Positions 61,809 to 64,000 of a stretch of 64,000 nt of DNA are shown piece by piece; the stretch's first letter is position 1; each line of letters opens with the position of its first letter. The notes under the pieces are model-generated. The model was given only the letters and a program-made list of their open reading frames with translations, ran no database searches and was not told the origin of the DNA. The position numbers and the translations under genes are program-made. This stretch comes from Vitrella brassicaformis CCMP3155 (taxonomy: Eukaryota; Protista; Chromerida), in NCBI GenBank assembly GCA_001179505.1, contig CDMY01000212.1, forward strand, positions 62,001 to 126,000, in the 5' to 3' direction.

Positions 61809-64000
61809 ATGCCGCTGCGTTTCGACAACCAGGTTGCAGTCATCACGGGTGCGGGTGGCGGCCTTGGCCGTGCCTATGCCCTCCTGTTCGCCTCCCGAGG
61901 CGCCAAGGTGGTGGTCAACGACCTGGGGGTCACCACACACGGCGAGGCGGGCGGCAAGGGGGGCGTCAGGGCAGCCGACAAGGTAGGTACTACGGCGGAT
62001 GGCATGCGATGCATGCCATTGGATGGCCAGATGCCATGTCAGGTGGACGGGTGGCGGCAATGCGGTCACGGCCATGTGTGTGTTGTTGGTGTTGAGTGTG
62101 TGTCAGGTTGTGGCGGAGATCAGGCGTGCAGGTGGTGAGGCGGTCGCCAACTATGACAGCGTGGAGTTCGGCGAGAAGATCATCCAGACCGCCATCGACG
62201 CATACGGACGGGTAAGTGGGTGCATGACCATGATATGATGGACACACTCACCCATCCACTCACTCATTCGCTCATACGGACGGATGCACACGTGTGTGTC
62301 GTGTGTATTGTGTGTGCAGGTGGATATTCTGGTCAACAATGCGGGTATACTGCGCGACGTGTCGTTTGCCAAGATGACTGCCAAGGATTGGGACCTCATC
62401 ATGCTCGTACACCTCAAGGGCGCATACAGGTCAGCCAGCTGGGCACTTACTTCCCCGCACCTCTCTCTCGACATACGACATTGATTCGGTTTGCGTGTGA
62501 TGCATCGATGGGATGGGATGGATGTGTCATCCAGCTGCACCAAGGCAGCGTGGCCGTACATGCAGAAGCAGAAGTACGGCCGCATCGTCAACGCTGCCTC
62601 GGGCGCCGGGCTGTACGGCAACTTCGGACAGGTAGGTAGACAAACATGAGATAGATGAGTGGGTGGCAGATACCTTTGTGTGTGCGTGTGTGTGTGTGTG
62701 TATCAGGCCAACTACTCTGCTGCCAAGCTGGGCCTCGTCGGCTTCAGCAAGACACTCGCACGTCAGATGCGATGCATGACACTGACTGCACCAGAAAGAC
62801 AGACTGACAAGGCAGCACCCATCCACTGGCTGCGTGTGTGCAGGTGAGGGTGAGCGCCGCAATATTAACGCCAACGCCATCGCCCCCCTGGCGGGCACAC
62901 GGATGACTGAGACCGTCATGCCACAGGTGGGCAAGAGCACACACACACGATTCCACACCACATAGTGAGTAGGGTGTGCACGTGTGTTGCAATGCAGGAG
63001 GTGGTTGACGCGTTGAAGCCCGAGTACGTGGCCCCGCTGGTCGCATACCTCTGCCACGAGTCGTGCAGGGAATCTGGAGAGGTAGGTACCGTACCCCTGC
63101 GGGATTGGATTGCCATCGTCGTATGTGTGGGCTGCATTGCACTTATCGACCCCTATGTGGACGTCTGTCTGTGTGTCTGTGTGTCAGGTGTTTGAGGTGG
63201 GTGCAGGGTGGATCTCCAAGCTGCGATGGCAGCGCACACAGGTGGGGGAGGGGATGCATGGGTAGGTGTAGGTGTGGGTGCGTGTGCTGGTCCGTGTTCA
63301 TTATCCATCCATCCACCCGTCCCGTCCGTGGATGTGCGTCCGTCCGGCAGGGTCACATGTTTTCTTCCCCGACCTTCACCGCTGACGACGTCGCTGCCAA
63401 CTGGGCAAAGGTACACACAAACACAAACACACACACGCGGGCACACACAACGGCACACTCTCACAAACAGACATGACAGACACGTAATTGCATCTCCACC
63501 CCGCTTGTCCAAACGTGTCCATGTGGGTGTCAGATCACCGACTTCACCGGCGCCACCTACCCCACCAGCCTGCAGGAGTCTATGGAACTCGTAAGTCCCT
63601 CTCGCTGGCCACACACGAACGCAGGCAGGCAGGCAGACAGGGAGGCACATGCATCTTTGAGCCTGCCTGTGTGTATGTGTGTGTGTGGTGCAGGTGATGC
63701 GCCGGCTGGAAGAGTTCAAGACCAGCGGAGCCCCTGCAGCAGCACCACCTGCAGCAGCACCACCCACAGGCGCGCCTACGACGCCCTCTGAGAAACTCTT
63801 CAGGTGGCGCGCACCGCACACACGCATACGAAGCCACACACTCGCCCGCCCGCCGGTGCATCAAATTCGTTTTCTGTTCGGCGCATTGCAGGGTGTTGGA
63901 GGCGTGGATCAAGGTGGGCGACAACGGGCAGAAGCTCGTGCAGAAGGTCAACGCGAGTTTCCACTTCGATATATTGACCAAAAAGGGCGGACCCATCGCA
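61809..64000 (+). CDS. HSD17B4: Peroxisomal 3-hydroxyacyl-CoA dehydrogenase (MFE-2/HSD17B4-type SDR) fused to SCP2-like domain; runs off window end
   Basis: [88 protein letters not shown]; after an Ala/Pro linker [14 protein letters not shown] (SCP2-like). Confidence 0.93.

Larger units (their letters stand above)
3100..63900. repeat. Pervasive intronic/intergenic microsatellites: (TG)n, (CA)n, (GACA)n/(TGTC)n, (GA)n, (CCAT)n, (CAGT)n
   Basis: Seen in most introns; they generate the many spurious CVCVCV/HTHTHT ORFs in the track. Confidence 0.95.

Noticed and set aside
3500-63900. Dozens of ORFs rich in CVCVCV, HTHTHT, SVCLSV or RQTDRQ
   Set aside because: Translations of intronic/intergenic microsatellites, not genes.
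1-64000. tRNA, rRNA, snRNA genes, CRISPR arrays, prokaryotic operons
   Set aside because: No recognisable cloverleaf, rRNA or snRNA motifs and no repeat-spacer arrays; the window is eukaryotic.

Overview
Eukaryotic, intron-rich, GC-rich genomic window. The (TG)n/(CA)n/(GACA)n-filled short introns and the alveolate-type gene set suggest a chromerid alga such as Vitrella brassicaformis (inference). I reconstructed about 22 protein-coding loci by eye from GT-AG splicing. Recognisable genes: mitoribosomal DAP3/mS29, TM9SF, COA4-like twin-CX9C protein, gamma-tubulin complex GCP6-like, OB-fold protein, alpha/beta-hydrolase-fold protein, class 2 DHODH, RAP-domain protein, C-type lectin membrane protein, Patched/NPC1-like SSD transporter, an IQ-motif protein and an SDR-SCP2 peroxisomal enzyme (partial). 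The most unusual observations: (1) a ~3.5 kb intron of the Patched-like gene hosts 2-3 antisense nested genes, two with N-terminal signal/anchor segments; (2) an inverted head-to-head paralog pair whose shared 118-nt intron is far more conserved than the synonymous sites of its exons; (3) a divergent pair of novel secreted proteins (Cys-rich domain and GNAT-like); (4) systematic complementary microsatellites at intron ends; (5) most genes lie in short head-to-head pairs. Three 300-N scaffold gaps. Exon boundaries are manual and unverified.
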